DNA of 64,000 bases from a bacterium (lineage in GTDB: Bacteria; Sysuimicrobiota; Sysuimicrobiia; Sysuimicrobiales; Humicultoraceae), in the NCBI GenBank assembly GCA_041497675.1, contig JBGQGY010000004.1, positions 1,938 through 65,937 on the forward strand, written 5' to 3'. How positions within the stretch are numbered: position 1 is the stretch's first letter; each line of letters begins with the position of its first letter. The notes under the pieces are model-generated. The model worked only from the letters and a program-made list of their open reading frames with translations, was not told where the DNA came from and ran no database searches. This document shows positions 1-9,461 of the stretch, in pieces. The translations under genes and the position numbers were made by a program.

Positions 1-1047
1 CGGATAGGTGATGACCCGCGCGCGGTCCAGGAGGTCGATACAAAACTGCTCCGAGGACACACCTGTCTGTCGGATATCGGCAAACACAAACAGGCTTCCC
101 CCGCTAGGGGCAAAGAGCAGTCGCGCCTCCTGCAGACCCGCCAGCAGCCAGGCGCGGCGGCGCGCGTAGATCGACACGGTTTCTTCGACGCAGTCCTGCG
201 GCCCGGCGATCGCGGCGAGGGCGGCCCACTGGTTTGGCGCGGGCGTGCAGATCGTGTACGTGTCCTTCACCGCCTGGAGCCCGGTCATCAACGGGGCCGG
301 CGCGGCCACCCAGCCGACACGCCATCCGGTCATCGAGTACGCCTTCGAGAAACCGTTCACGGTAATCGTCCGGTCACGCATGTCGGGGAACGACGAGATC
401 GAATGATGTACCGCACCATCGAAGAGGATCTTCTCGTAGATCTCATCGGAGATCACGAGCAGGTTGTGCCGCCGGGCGATGTCGGCCACCGCCTCGAGCG
501 CGTGTCGCGACTGCACGGTGGCCGTGGGGTTATTGGGTGAGACGACGGCGATCGCCTTGGTCCGGGGCGTCAGGTGCCGCTCGAGCGCCGCCGCGTCGAT
601 CTGAAACCCGCCGTCGGGGTCGAGCGGGACGTGCACCGGTGTGCCACCCGCCAGGTGTGCGGCCAGCGCGTACGTCGTGTACGTCGGGCTCGGGAGGATC
701 ACCTCGTCACCGGGGTTCAGCAGGCTCTGCATGATCACGCACAGCGCCTCCTGCCCGCCGGTCGTCACGAGGACCTCGTCCGGACCGTAGTCCACGTGGT
801 TCTCGCGCTTCAACTTGGCCGAGATCGCCTCGCGCAGGGGCACGATGCCCAGGCTGGGTGTGTAGTGCGTATGCCCGTCGCGGGCCGCGCGATGTGCGGC
901 TTCGACGATGTGGGGCGGGGTCGGCAGATCGGGGTCGCCCCGCCCCAGCGAGATCACGTCTTGATACTTCGCGGCCAGGGTCATCATGCGGTTGCGGGGG
1001 CGGGTCGCGAGAAAATTGGCCCGCGCCGAGATGGACGGATGAATCAT
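1..1047 (-). CDS. Class I/II PLP-dependent aminotransferase (aspartate/aromatic type); 3' end runs off the window
   Basis: The reverse-complement translation from the ATG at 1047 reads MIHPSISARANFLATRPRNRMMTLAAKYQDVISLGRGDPDLPTPPHI...NPTATV...NGFSKAYSMTGWRVGW. This is the fold-type I aminotransferase pattern (SKAYSMTGWR is the PLP-lysine region). There is no stop before position 1. The gene is missing from the ORF track because it is open at the window edge. Confidence 0.8.
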   Translation of the reverse strand, partial: MIHPSISARANFLATRPRNRMMTLAAKYQDVISLGRGDPDLPTPPHIVEAAHRAARDGHTHYTPSLGIVPLREAISAKLKRENHVDYGPDEVLVTTGGQEALCVIMQSLLNPGDEVILPSPTYTTYALAAHLAGGTPVHVPLDPDGGFQIDAAALERHLTPRTKAIAVVSPNNPTATVQSRHALEAVADIARRHNLLVISDEIYEKILFDGAVHHSISSFPDMRDRTITVNGFSKAYSMTGWRVGWVAAPAPLMTGLQAVKDTYTICTPAPNQWAALAAIAGPQDCVEETVSIYARRRAWLLAGLQEARLLFAPSGGSLFVFADIRQTGVSSEQFCIDLLDRARVITYP

Positions 1048-1063
1048 CTGAGCGATCTCACCT

Positions 1064-2551
1064 CTACAATCCGCGCAGCACGGGTGGTTCGTAGTCGAGC
1101 CCCAGGATTTCCTGCAGCGTCGCACCGACGGGATCCCGCTCGCGCGCGGCCCGGACTGTGCTCCGGAAGACTCCCTCCGCAGCGCGACGAAGGGCCGGCT
1201 CGTCGGCGTGGAGGACGCGCCCGGCCTCGACGGCCTTGCGGCCTTCCACCCAGACGCTGTGCACATCCTGGCCCGTCCCCGACACAAACAGCGCACGAAT
1301 GGGATCGACCACCGGACCGTAGTGATGCCGGTCGAGGTCGATGAGCACGATGTCGGCCTTCGCGCCGGCCGCCAACCGACCGAGATCATCGCGGCCCAGC
1401 GCCCGCGCGCCGCCCAACGTCGCCGCCGCGAAGATATCGTGACAGGACGGCAAGGACGGGGTGCGATCGACCGCCTTCGCCAAAAACCAGGCCAGGCGCA
1501 TCTCGGCGATGATGTCGGCTGGCCAGATGTCGCAGCCGATCGCCACGTTCACGCCGGCGGCCCGGTAGCGGCTAAACGACTGCAGCGTCTCGCCCCGACG
1601 GGCAAACGGCAGCGGCGAATGCGCGACGGACGACCCGGCATCGGCGATGAGACGAAGGTCCCGCGATGGATCGCCGCCCACGGCGACATGGCCTTGCGCG
1701 TAGATCGTGTGCCCGAGGATGATGCCGGGCCCCAGGAAGCCCAGGTTCGATAGGTGCTCGACCGGCGTGCACGCATATTGCTCCCGGATCCTGCGCACTT
1801 CGAACTCGTACTGTGCGCAGTGCACCTGAACGAGCAGGCCGTGCTCGTCGGCGGCACGTTTGGTCGCCTGCAGGAGCGCCGGGCTGCAATTGTCGACCGC
1901 GTGCGGACACAAGAGGGTCTCGGCGAATCCCCCCCTGGTGCCGCGGTGCCGCGTGGCGAACGCGACGGCGCGGCGCAGACCTTCGAAGCCGAACTCCTCA
2001 TCCCAGTGCCAATCGGCACGACCGTCGGCGTCATAGTACACGCGGCCGGACCGGTAGGAGAGCGAGGCATACACGCGCGCCCCGATACGCGCGGCGGTAT
2101 CCAGCAAGGCCACCTCGTCGCCGGGCGGGTTTCCCATCCACCAGAGGGGGCCCGACCCGGCGGCGTCCACGATCGTGGTCGCGCCGCACTTGAGCATCTG
2201 CACGAGCGAAAACTCTCCCGAGAGCCGCTGCTCCTCGGGCCCGAGCGACGGCGGCAGTTCCCGCTGGGACACGAACGTCTGCGAGGGGCTGTACCGCCCG
2301 CGCCCGGGGCTGTCCGCGGGCGCGTCGATGAACGTCGACATGATATCCACGCCGATGTGGGCGTGGGTGTTGATGAAGCCAGGCGAGACCAGCATCCCCC
2401 TCGCGTCGACCGTCTCGTCCGCCATGCCGGCCCAGCGCGGTCCCGCGTAGGTGATGCGGTCGCCCTCGAAGACGACGTCCCCCTCGGGAATGACGCGGTG
2501 ACGCCTGCCATCGAAGGCCGCGACCCAGCCGCCGCGGATCAGCGTTGCCAC
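1064..2551 (-). CDS. Amidohydrolase-superfamily metal hydrolase (cytosine-deaminase/chlorohydrolase-like; SsnA/MtaD-like)
   Basis: Inner part of ORF 1064..2797(-). Motifs read: LIRGGWVAAFDG...GFINTHAHI...VHCAQ...GHTIY...DIW. The GTG start at 2551 (VATLIRGG) was checked in the DNA. The upstream 80 aa of the ORF are R/P-rich and read as a non-coding extension. Confidence 0.75.
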   Translation of the reverse strand: MATLIRGGWVAAFDGRRHRVIPEGDVVFEGDRITYAGPRWAGMADETVDARGMLVSPGFINTHAHIGVDIMSTFIDAPADSPGRGRYSPSQTFVSQRELPPSLGPEEQRLSGEFSLVQMLKCGATTIVDAAGSGPLWWMGNPPGDEVALLDTAARIGARVYASLSYRSGRVYYDADGRADWHWDEEFGFEGLRRAVAFATRHRGTRGGFAETLLCPHAVDNCSPALLQATKRAADEHGLLVQVHCAQYEFEVRRIREQYACTPVEHLSNLGFLGPGIILGHTIYAQGHVAVGGDPSRDLRLIADAGSSVAHSPLPFARRGETLQSFSRYRAAGVNVAIGCDIWPADIIAEMRLAWFLAKAVDRTPSLPSCHDIFAAATLGGARALGRDDLGRLAAGAKADIVLIDLDRHHYGPVVDPIRALFVSGTGQDVHSVWVEGRKAVEAGRVLHADEPALRRAAEGVFRSTVRAARERDPVGATLQEILGLDYEPPVLRGL

Positions 2552-2558
2552 GGCGCGA

Positions 2559-3860
2559 TCAGGCTCCCACGACGCGACGGCCGTCGACGTAGACGGCGTG
2601 CACGCGATCGAGGCCTGGGGCAAAGACCGCGAGATCGGCCGGGCGCCCCGGCTCGAGCAGCCCGGCTTCGAAGACGCCCGGCAGCCGCCGCGCGACGTTG
2701 CCGGTTGAGAGCGCCACGGCCTGCGGCATCGACACGAGCCCTTCGCGGACGATTCCGGCCAACGGCACCGACACGGGATCGTAGTGACCGGCCGCATAGT
2801 CGGTGCCGACGACGTCGACCAGCCGCTCGCGCACGAGGGTCAGAAAGTTGGTGATGTCCTGCTTCCCCTTGGTGCGCGTGAACAGGTCGAGCCCCGAGAT
2901 TTCGAGCAACGCGCCCTTCGCGCGCAGGGCGCGCGCGTAGCGGACGGATTCTTCCTCGGTAAAGCTCGGATGGTTGCAGTGCCCCGCGATCATGCGGTCG
3001 TTTGCGACTTCGAGGACAACGTCGGCCGACGCGGCGGCGTGGTGCACGATGAACGGCCGGCGCACACGCGCCGAGGCGACCGCGGCCTCGCGCAGCCCTT
3101 CATACGCGTGGGCCATCGACGGCATCACGCATCGCTGTATCGTCTCGATGACGGCAGCCTCGTCGATCCGCCCGGTCAGACCGGCGGTGTCCATCGCACG
3201 GCGTAGTACCGCCCGGTCGAGGTTGGCCGGATCGATCGTCCGGCCCAACACGGCTTCTTTCAGCGCCCTGGCCTGGAATGGATCGATCTGCGCGCCGCAC
3301 CGCTCGCGGATGGCGTTGGGGATGTAGATGTTGTCCTGCATCCCCCCGCCCAGCGTCCCGCCGGCGCCAACCTCACCGATGACCGAGGCCCCTTGTGCCA
3401 CCAGCTCGTCGACCGTCGCCTTGCGGTGGGCGTCGGTCAAACCCTCCCCATCGGACTGCTCGGCGGCCCGGATATTGGCGGGAGTGTGCGCGGTACACTT
3501 CGTGACCTTCAATGGGTGCCGGTCGCGGAGCGCCAGATACTCGGACCACAGCGGAAACCCGTCGACCGACAACACCGACGTCGTGCCGCCGCGCAGGTGC
3601 CGCTCCTTGAAGGCGTGGACCTCGGCCTCAGTCGGGGACTTCGACCCGGTCGCGTGCGCGGGGCCCAGCGTCACGCAGTGGACGTGGATGTTGATCAATC
3701 CTGGGGTGATGACGGCGCCGGCGTAGTCCATGGTCGCACGCCCTGGGCCGCGACCGGCGCCGACCTGCGCGATCCGCGTCCCCTCAATCACGACGTAGCC
3801 CGGTTCATGGACCGTGGCGCCGTCACCGGTCACCACTGTCCCGGTCAGGACTTCGGCCAT
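2559..3860 (-). CDS. Amidohydrolase-family protein (second metal-dependent hydrolase)
   Basis: ORF 2559..3860(-) begins MAEVLTGTVVTGDG...VIEGTRIAQVG...GLINIHVHC, the typical amidohydrolase N-terminus. The ATG at 3860 is preceded by GGGAG. A 7-nt gap separates it from the downstream hydrolase. Confidence 0.7.
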   Translation of the reverse strand: MAEVLTGTVVTGDGATVHEPGYVVIEGTRIAQVGAGRGPGRATMDYAGAVITPGLINIHVHCVTLGPAHATGSKSPTEAEVHAFKERHLRGGTTSVLSVDGFPLWSEYLALRDRHPLKVTKCTAHTPANIRAAEQSDGEGLTDAHRKATVDELVAQGASVIGEVGAGGTLGGGMQDNIYIPNAIRERCGAQIDPFQARALKEAVLGRTIDPANLDRAVLRRAMDTAGLTGRIDEAAVIETIQRCVMPSMAHAYEGLREAAVASARVRRPFIVHHAAASADVVLEVANDRMIAGHCNHPSFTEEESVRYARALRAKGALLEISGLDLFTRTKGKQDITNFLTLVRERLVDVVGTDYAAGHYDPVSVPLAGIVREGLVSMPQAVALSTGNVARRLPGVFEAGLLEPGRPADLAVFAPGLDRVHAVYVDGRRVVGA

Positions 3861-3880
3861 TGGCGCTCCCTGCCTCAGAT

Positions 3881-4597
3881 TCAGCGGGCTGTGACGCGCT
3901 GGTCCACGCGATCGCTCGCGGCCGCCAGCGCGGCCAGGACCTCATCGGTGGTTTTGATCTTGGCGAACACCTCGTTGAGCACCCGCAGGGAGAACTCGTG
4001 CATGTCGTGGGTCCAGGTGCCGCAGGCGTCGTCCACGACGAGCACCCGGTAGCCCAGATCCTTCGCGTCGCGGGCCGCGCTCTCGACGCACCCACCGGTC
4101 ATCACGCCGACCATGATCAGGTTCCGGATGCCCACGTTTTGGAGGGCATAGTGGATCGTGGTCGAGTTGAAGACGCTGCCGGTGGTCTTGTCGAAGACCA
4201 TCTCGTCCCCGACCGGCGCCAGGTCTGCCAGGATCTCGGCTTCCTTCGCGCCCGGGGGGAACATGTGGCCCAGTTCCTTGTGCGCCAGGCTCCGGTCGCG
4301 GCCGTCACGCGTCAACGAACGGATGCGTGTAAAGACGACCTCAACCCCACACGCGCGGCACGCGTCTTGCAGTCGGCGGATATTGGGGACAATCAGGTCC
4401 ATCCGCCGCTCCATGTAGTCGAGCCCGTTGGTGTACCCGTGGTCGCGGCGGTGTTTGAAGATGCCATAGTCTTTGTGGGCGTCGGCGTATTGCATGTCGA
4501 TGACGAGCAGCGCCGTGTCCTGACGGCGGAGCAGCGGGTCGGTCAGGCGAGGCCGCCAGCCGATGTACGGATCGTCGCGCGAAATCGGTGTCGTCAT
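3881..4597 (-). CDS. Isochorismatase-family cysteine hydrolase (RutB/PncA-like)
   Basis: ALLVIDMQYADAH...VFTRIRSL...DKTTGSVFNST...LIMVGVMTGGCVESAARDA reads as an isochorismatase fold with the catalytic Cys in GGCVES. The ATG at 4597 (MTTPISRDD) has GGGGAGGA 4 nt upstream, verified in the DNA. Confidence 0.8.
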   Translation of the reverse strand: MTTPISRDDPYIGWRPRLTDPLLRRQDTALLVIDMQYADAHKDYGIFKHRRDHGYTNGLDYMERRMDLIVPNIRRLQDACRACGVEVVFTRIRSLTRDGRDRSLAHKELGHMFPPGAKEAEILADLAPVGDEMVFDKTTGSVFNSTTIHYALQNVGIRNLIMVGVMTGGCVESAARDAKDLGYRVLVVDDACGTWTHDMHEFSLRVLNEVFAKIKTTDEVLAALAAASDRVDQRVTAR

Positions 4598-4762
4598 GTC
4601 CTCCCCAGTAATCGCCTCGTCGCCGGCGGCCACCCGTCAGGAGGATTCACCGGCGGTTGACACGAAACGCGACTTACCCACGAGTCAGTTCCGCCTTCGC
4701 GCGAAAGGAGTCGTTTCCTGCCGACCGCCATACTACGAACGAACCGCGACAACCTTGTCCGG

Positions 4763-5593
4763 ATGGCCGTTGCGGGCATCATCGCGCCCCCGACGTTGAC
4801 GCGCGGCGGCCCGCATCGCGTCACGGCCCGCGGCGAGGCGTTCGTGCCTATCGGCATGGCCGGCATCGTCTACAACGCGCGCCCGGGCTGCCCGGCGTTT
4901 GGCTGGGCCGCCGATCACCTCGAGCCCGCCGTGTGCGTAGACGCTCCAGACACCCAGGAGCATCATGCGCTGCACTACCTGACCAACCTGGGCAATGACG
5001 CGGTGGTCATCTCGGGAGAGGCGAAGGGCGCGCGGGGGATCGTCATGGGCGAGCACGCCCGATTCATCGTCGATTTCGCCCCGGCCGACATGGATCGGAT
5101 GTGCCCGGGTGACCGCGTGCAGATCGCGGCGTGGGGGACGGGGCTACGGCTGCTCGACTATCCCCAGGTCTCTGTGTGGAAGCTCGACCCGCGGCTGCTC
5201 GACCGCATGGGGATCGAGGAGGCCGGGGGCGCGCTGCGCGTGCCCGTCACGCACATCGTGCCGTCGCGGATCATGGGCTCGGGCTGGGAGCTGAACCCCG
5301 AGTACGTCGACCAGGACATTTGCTCGAACGACCCGGCGACGGTCGCGGAGTTCGGGCTCGAACGGCTGCGCATCGGCGACGTGATCGCCATCAGCGACGC
5401 GGATCATTCGACGGGGCGCGCCTACCGTAAGGGCGGGGTGACCATCGGCGTGATCCCCCACGGCAACTCGTGGATGCTGGGCCACGGACCGGGGTGTGTG
5501 ACGGTGCTGTCGTGTCCGACGCCACAGCTGCAACCCGTCGTCGATCCCGGCGCAAACATCGCGCGCTACATGGGCTGCGGAGCCTTCGCGTGA
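4763..5593 (+). CDS. DUF4438-like protein (uncharacterised; family assignment tentative), copy 1
   Basis: ORF 4763..5593(+). Conserved blocks shared with the next gene: GIVYNxRxGxxAFGWxA(D/E)HxEP, LxxLGNDxxVISGEAKGARG, GVxIGVxPxG. The amino-acid composition is realistic for a real protein. Confidence 0.6.
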   Translation: MAVAGIIAPPTLTRGGPHRVTARGEAFVPIGMAGIVYNARPGCPAFGWAADHLEPAVCVDAPDTQEHHALHYLTNLGNDAVVISGEAKGARGIVMGEHARFIVDFAPADMDRMCPGDRVQIAAWGTGLRLLDYPQVSVWKLDPRLLDRMGIEEAGGALRVPVTHIVPSRIMGSGWELNPEYVDQDICSNDPATVAEFGLERLRIGDVIAISDADHSTGRAYRKGGVTIGVIPHGNSWMLGHGPGCVTVLSCPTPQLQPVVDPGANIARYMGCGAFA

Positions 5594-6465
5594 TGGTGGC
5601 CACGAACGCCGATCGTCTGATCGCGATCTCCGTGGCGGGCGACATCGTCGCGCCGCGGATGCCGGGGCTTCCGGCGACGCCCCACATCATCTCCAGGACG
5701 GGGCACCCGATCATCGTGCCGCCGCTGGGCGGCATCGTCTACAACGTCCGCGTGGGCGACGCGGCCTTTGGCTGGGTGGCTGAAAACGTGCACCCGGGTG
5801 TCTCGATCAAGAACCGCGAAGACGGCGCGCACGTGGCCCTGCACACGCTGGCCTGCGTCGGGAACGACGTCATCGTCATGTCGGGTGATGCCAAGGGAGC
5901 GCGCGGCACGGTCACGGGCAAGAGCGGGCGGTGGTCCGAACACGTCATCGTTCATTTCCCGGCGAGCGCCCTCGAGCGTCTGACGATCGGGGATCGCCTC
6001 GTGGTGAAGGCGATGGGTGTCGGTCTGGCCTTCGCTATAGTCCCACAGGTGACGGCCAAGAACCTCTCCCCACGTCTGGTGGACGCCTGGGGGATCGAGC
6101 AGCGGGGCGAGATGCTCGACGCGCCGGTCGTGGCGGTGGTGCCGCCCGAACTGATGGGGGCCGGGAGCGGGCTGTCCAGCGACGGGGGCGTGCTCGATAT
6201 CCAAACGGGCGACGCGGCACTGCTCAAGGCGCGAGGCCTGGCGGATCTGCGGTTGGGCGATCTCGTGGCCTTCCAGGATTGTGACGCGACGTTCAACTCC
6301 GGATACCACAAGGGCGCGGTGAGCGTCGGCGTGGTCGCCCAGGGCGACTCGTATCGGGCGGGATTCGGCCCAGGTGTGACGATCCTGTTGACGTCGCGGG
6401 AGGGCGCTATCCGTCCTGTCGTGCGTCCGGGCGTCAACATCGCGGCATTGCTGCGGCTCTCGTGA
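5592..6465 (+). CDS. DUF4438-like protein, copy 2 (tandem paralog)
   Basis: Starts at ATG 5592, overlapping the TGA of copy 1 (TGATG). It carries the same blocks: GIVYNVRVGDAAFGWVAENVHPG, LACVGNDVIVMSGDAKGARG, GAVSVGVVAQGDSYRAGFGPG. Confidence 0.6.
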
Positions 6466-6493
6466 GCGCGTCGCCGCGGGTCGGGGTGCGCGC

Positions 6494-7873
6494 GTGATCG
6501 CCGACCTCGTCATCCGCGGAGGCACGCTCGTGACCGGCGATGGCGAGCGCCGCGGAGCGCTGGCGATCAGCGGCGGGCGCATTGCGGCCGTCGACCGCGA
6601 CGACGCGATGCCCGAGGCCCGCGAAACCATCGACGCCTCCGGCCGGCACGTCCTCCCCGGAGTCATCGACACCCACGTGCACCTGCGCGATCCGGGCAAG
6701 GTCGAGCGTGAGGACTGGCTCACCGGCACGCAGGCCGCGGCCGCGGGCGGCATTACGACCATCCTCGAGATGCCCCTGGCGATCCCGCCGGTGCATTCGG
6801 CCGCAATCTTGAAAGAGCGGGCGGCCCACGTCCAACCGCGGTCGATCGTCGATTTCGCCCTCTATGCCGGCGCAAACGGCGACATCCTCGACGAGATCGA
6901 GCCGATGGCGTCGGCGGGCGCCATCGCGTTCAAGACGTTCCGCACCCGGCCGCCCAAAGGGCGCGAGCCGGAGTTCGTGGGCATCACCTGCCCCGACGCT
7001 GGGCAGATGCTGCTCACCATGCAACGCACGGCGCCGACGGGTCTGCTGCACGTGGTGCACGCCGAGGACCAGCAGATCCTCGACGTGACCGAGGCGCAGG
7101 CGCGCGCCACCGGCCGGCACGACGGCAAGGTGCACGCACTGTCGCGGCCGGAAGTCGTCGAAACAGCCTCGGTGGCGCAGTGTATTGCGCTGGCCGAAGC
7201 CACGGGCGCCAGGCTGCAGATCGCGCACATGAGCGCCGCCGCGGCCCTGGATCTGGTGGCCCGCGCGAAAGCCGATGGGCTCAAGGTGACGGCGGAGACC
7301 TGTCCCCACTACCTTTTGTTCACCGAAGAGGCGCTCGCCCGGTGGGGCCCCTACGCGAAGTGCAACCCGCCGCTGCGTCCGCTCGAATCGCAACAGCGGT
7401 TGTGGGAGGCGGTGCGGTCGGGAGTCATTGATGTCATCGGGACCGACCATTCGCCTTACACCGACAAAGAGAAAGCCGACTATGTCGACAACATCTGGGA
7501 TGCGCGGGCCGGGGTTCCCGCGTTGGAAGAGTTCGTTCCGCTGATGCTCACCGCGGTGTCACGCGGGCATCTCGGCCTGCCGCTGATGACGCGCCTGATG
7601 AGCGAGAACCCCGCGCGCGTGTTTGGGTTGTGGCCGCGCAAAGGGGCCTTCGCGGTCGGGAGCGACGCGGACGTCGCGATTGTCGATACCCGGGTCGAGC
7701 GCGTGCACGATCACCGTACCCTCTACACGAAGTCCCGGGATACGGCACTCATGTACGACGGCATGCGCATGCAGGGTGCGCCCGTCATGACCATCGTGAG
7801 AGGGAAGATCGTCATGCGCGACGGCCGGGTGACGGGTGAGGCCGGGTGGGGACAGTGGGTGCGGCCGAGCTGA
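6494..7873 (+). CDS. Cyclic amidohydrolase (dihydropyrimidinase / hydantoinase / allantoinase / dihydroorotase family)
   Basis: IRGGTLVT...ISGGRIAAV...VLPGVIDTHVHLRDPG...AFKTF...HAED...GTDHSPY...VGSDADV. These are the metal-binding HxH, the carboxylated-Lys context and the DHSP motif of this family. Confidence 0.85.
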   Translation: MIADLVIRGGTLVTGDGERRGALAISGGRIAAVDRDDAMPEARETIDASGRHVLPGVIDTHVHLRDPGKVEREDWLTGTQAAAAGGITTILEMPLAIPPVHSAAILKERAAHVQPRSIVDFALYAGANGDILDEIEPMASAGAIAFKTFRTRPPKGREPEFVGITCPDAGQMLLTMQRTAPTGLLHVVHAEDQQILDVTEAQARATGRHDGKVHALSRPEVVETASVAQCIALAEATGARLQIAHMSAAAALDLVARAKADGLKVTAETCPHYLLFTEEALARWGPYAKCNPPLRPLESQQRLWEAVRSGVIDVIGTDHSPYTDKEKADYVDNIWDARAGVPALEEFVPLMLTAVSRGHLGLPLMTRLMSENPARVFGLWPRKGAFAVGSDADVAIVDTRVERVHDHRTLYTKSRDTALMYDGMRMQGAPVMTIVRGKIVMRDGRVTGEAGWGQWVRPS

Positions 7874-7889
7874 CGGCCGGGAGGGCATC

Positions 7890-8345
7890 ATGATCAGGGG
7901 CATCAAGCACATCGCGATCGCCGTCCGAGATGTCGACGTGGCGCTCCGCCGGTACCAGGCCGTCCTCGGGGTGTCCGAGGTGAAGCGGCACTCGTTTGAC
8001 AAGGCGCGAAGCCACGAGGCGCACTTCATGCTGGGGGACGTGCAGATTCAGTTGTGCCAGTCGTGGGACGCGGACGGCCGCTTCGCGCGCTACCTCGCCG
8101 ATCACGGCGAGGAGGGCGTCCACCACGTCTGCTACACGGTGGACAACATCGAGCGATCCCTCGCCGACGCCACGACGAAGGGCGCGACCCTGAAACCCTG
8201 CGCGGCATGCAAGATCGTGGGCCCGCACAAGCACTCGGAAGGCTGGGTCGCCTTTCTCGAAGACACGCTCACGGGGATGGAAACGGAGTTCATGCAGGTC
8301 TACAAGGCGGGTGAAGGACCAGATGTCGGTCCCCGCACCGTCTAG
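7890..8345 (+). CDS. VOC/glyoxalase-family protein (methylmalonyl-CoA-epimerase-like fold)
   Basis: MIRGIKHIAIAVRDVDVALRRYQAVLG...HHVCYTVDNIERS reads as a VOC beta-alpha-beta-beta-beta module. It is the last gene of the plus-strand operon. Confidence 0.7.
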   Translation: MIRGIKHIAIAVRDVDVALRRYQAVLGVSEVKRHSFDKARSHEAHFMLGDVQIQLCQSWDADGRFARYLADHGEEGVHHVCYTVDNIERSLADATTKGATLKPCAACKIVGPHKHSEGWVAFLEDTLTGMETEFMQVYKAGEGPDVGPRTV

Positions 8346-8348
8346 ACA

Positions 8349-9461
8349 TCACTCCAGTTTCTTTTGGAACCGCGCCACGCTGTAGGCGAAGAAGACCGCG
8401 CCGAGCAGCACCATGGGGATGATCTGATCCCACAGATATGACAGACCCACGCCCTTGAGGATCATCCCGCGGACGATCTGCAAAAAGTAGGTGATCGGAA
8501 GCGCATAACCCAACCACTGCAGGAAGTCGGGCATCCCCTCGCGGGGAAACATGAAGCCCGAGATGATGAAGGTCGGCAGCAGCACGAAGAACGACGCCTG
8601 CATCGCCTGCCGCTGGGTCTTTGAGATGGTCGAGATCAGAATCCCCATGCCGAGGCTCGAGAAGTAGAAGAACAACGTGACGAAATAGAGCATCGCGATG
8701 CTCCCGCGAATCGGCACCTGGAACCAGTACGCGGCCACGAGCAACGCGAGCGTGACATCTACGTAGCCGACGAGCACATACGGCAGGATCTTGCCCAGCA
8801 TCAACTCGCCGCGGCGGATCGGCGTGACGACGAGCTGTTCGATGGTGCCCAGCTCGCGCTCGCGGACGATCGCAATGGCGATCAGGCTGAGGGTGATGTT
8901 CTGCAGCACGACCGCCAGCAGGCCCGGCACCATGAAGTTGGTGCTGCTGAGGTCGGGATTGTACCAGGCCCGCGTGCGGACCTCCAGCGGCACCTGCACG
9001 CCGCCGAGCAGCCGCCCGACGATCTCCAGCGACGTCACCTGCCCGATTGATTCCGCCGCGCTCAGCGCGCTGCGTGCCACCAGGGGATCGGACGCGTCGA
9101 CGATCACCATGGCCCGCGCCGGGAGACCCCGCCGCAGCCGTACCGCGTAGTCGGGTCCGATCATCACGATCACGCGCGCTCTACCCCGCTGTACCTGTTC
9201 TTCGGCAATCTGCAGGCTGTCGGTGTTCGCGCGGAGCGTGAAGAAGCGGCTGGCAGAAAACCGGTCGAGCAGCGCGCGGCTCTCCTGTGTCCTGGAGTGA
9301 TCGACCACGATGGTCGGCAGGTGCTCGACCTCGGTGGTGATCGCATAGCCGAAGAGCAGCAGCTGGATGATGGGCAACATGATGGCCATCATCAGGGTGC
9401 GCCGGTCTCGCGTCAGCTGGATGAACTCTTTGATGATGATCGCGGTCAGACGCCTACGCAT
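8349..9461 (-). CDS. ABC-2 family transporter permease
   Basis: ORF 8349..9623(-) from the internal Met at 9461: MRRRLTAIIIKEFIQLTRDRRTLMMAIMLPIIQLLLFGYAI. Six predicted TM segments and the ABC-2 signature follow. It overlaps the upstream ATPase gene by 8 nt. Confidence 0.8.
   Translation of the reverse strand: MRRRLTAIIIKEFIQLTRDRRTLMMAIMLPIIQLLLFGYAITTEVEHLPTIVVDHSRTQESRALLDRFSASRFFTLRANTDSLQIAEEQVQRGRARVIVMIGPDYAVRLRRGLPARAMVIVDASDPLVARSALSAAESIGQVTSLEIVGRLLGGVQVPLEVRTRAWYNPDLSSTNFMVPGLLAVVLQNITLSLIAIAIVRERELGTIEQLVVTPIRRGELMLGKILPYVLVGYVDVTLALLVAAYWFQVPIRGSIAMLYFVTLFFYFSSLGMGILISTISKTQRQAMQASFFVLLPTFIISGFMFPREGMPDFLQWLGYALPITYFLQIVRGMILKGVGLSYLWDQIIPMVLLGAVFFAYSVARFQKKLE

Noticed and set aside
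574-1344. Plus-strand ORFs 537..734, 574..1344 and 858..1094 in the track
   Set aside because: Arg/Pro/Gly-rich translations typical of wrong-frame or antisense reading of high-GC DNA. The region is fully explained by the minus-strand aminotransferase read directly from the sequence.
1754-2854. 366-aa plus-strand ORF (and 1208..1753, 1549..2511, 1813..2193) overlapping the amidohydrolase gene
   Set aside because: Low-complexity R/A/G/P composition and no recognisable motifs. They are antisense or alternative frames of a confidently identified amidohydrolase.
4647-4652. TTGACA hexamer in the divergent 4598-4762 intergenic region as a -35 element
   Set aside because: There is no acceptable -10 hexamer at 16-19 nt spacing, so it is too weak to report as a feature.
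5566-6762. 398-aa minus-strand ORF antisense to the second DUF4438-like gene
   Set aside because: R/P-rich composition. The sense-strand protein has conserved blocks shared with its paralog.
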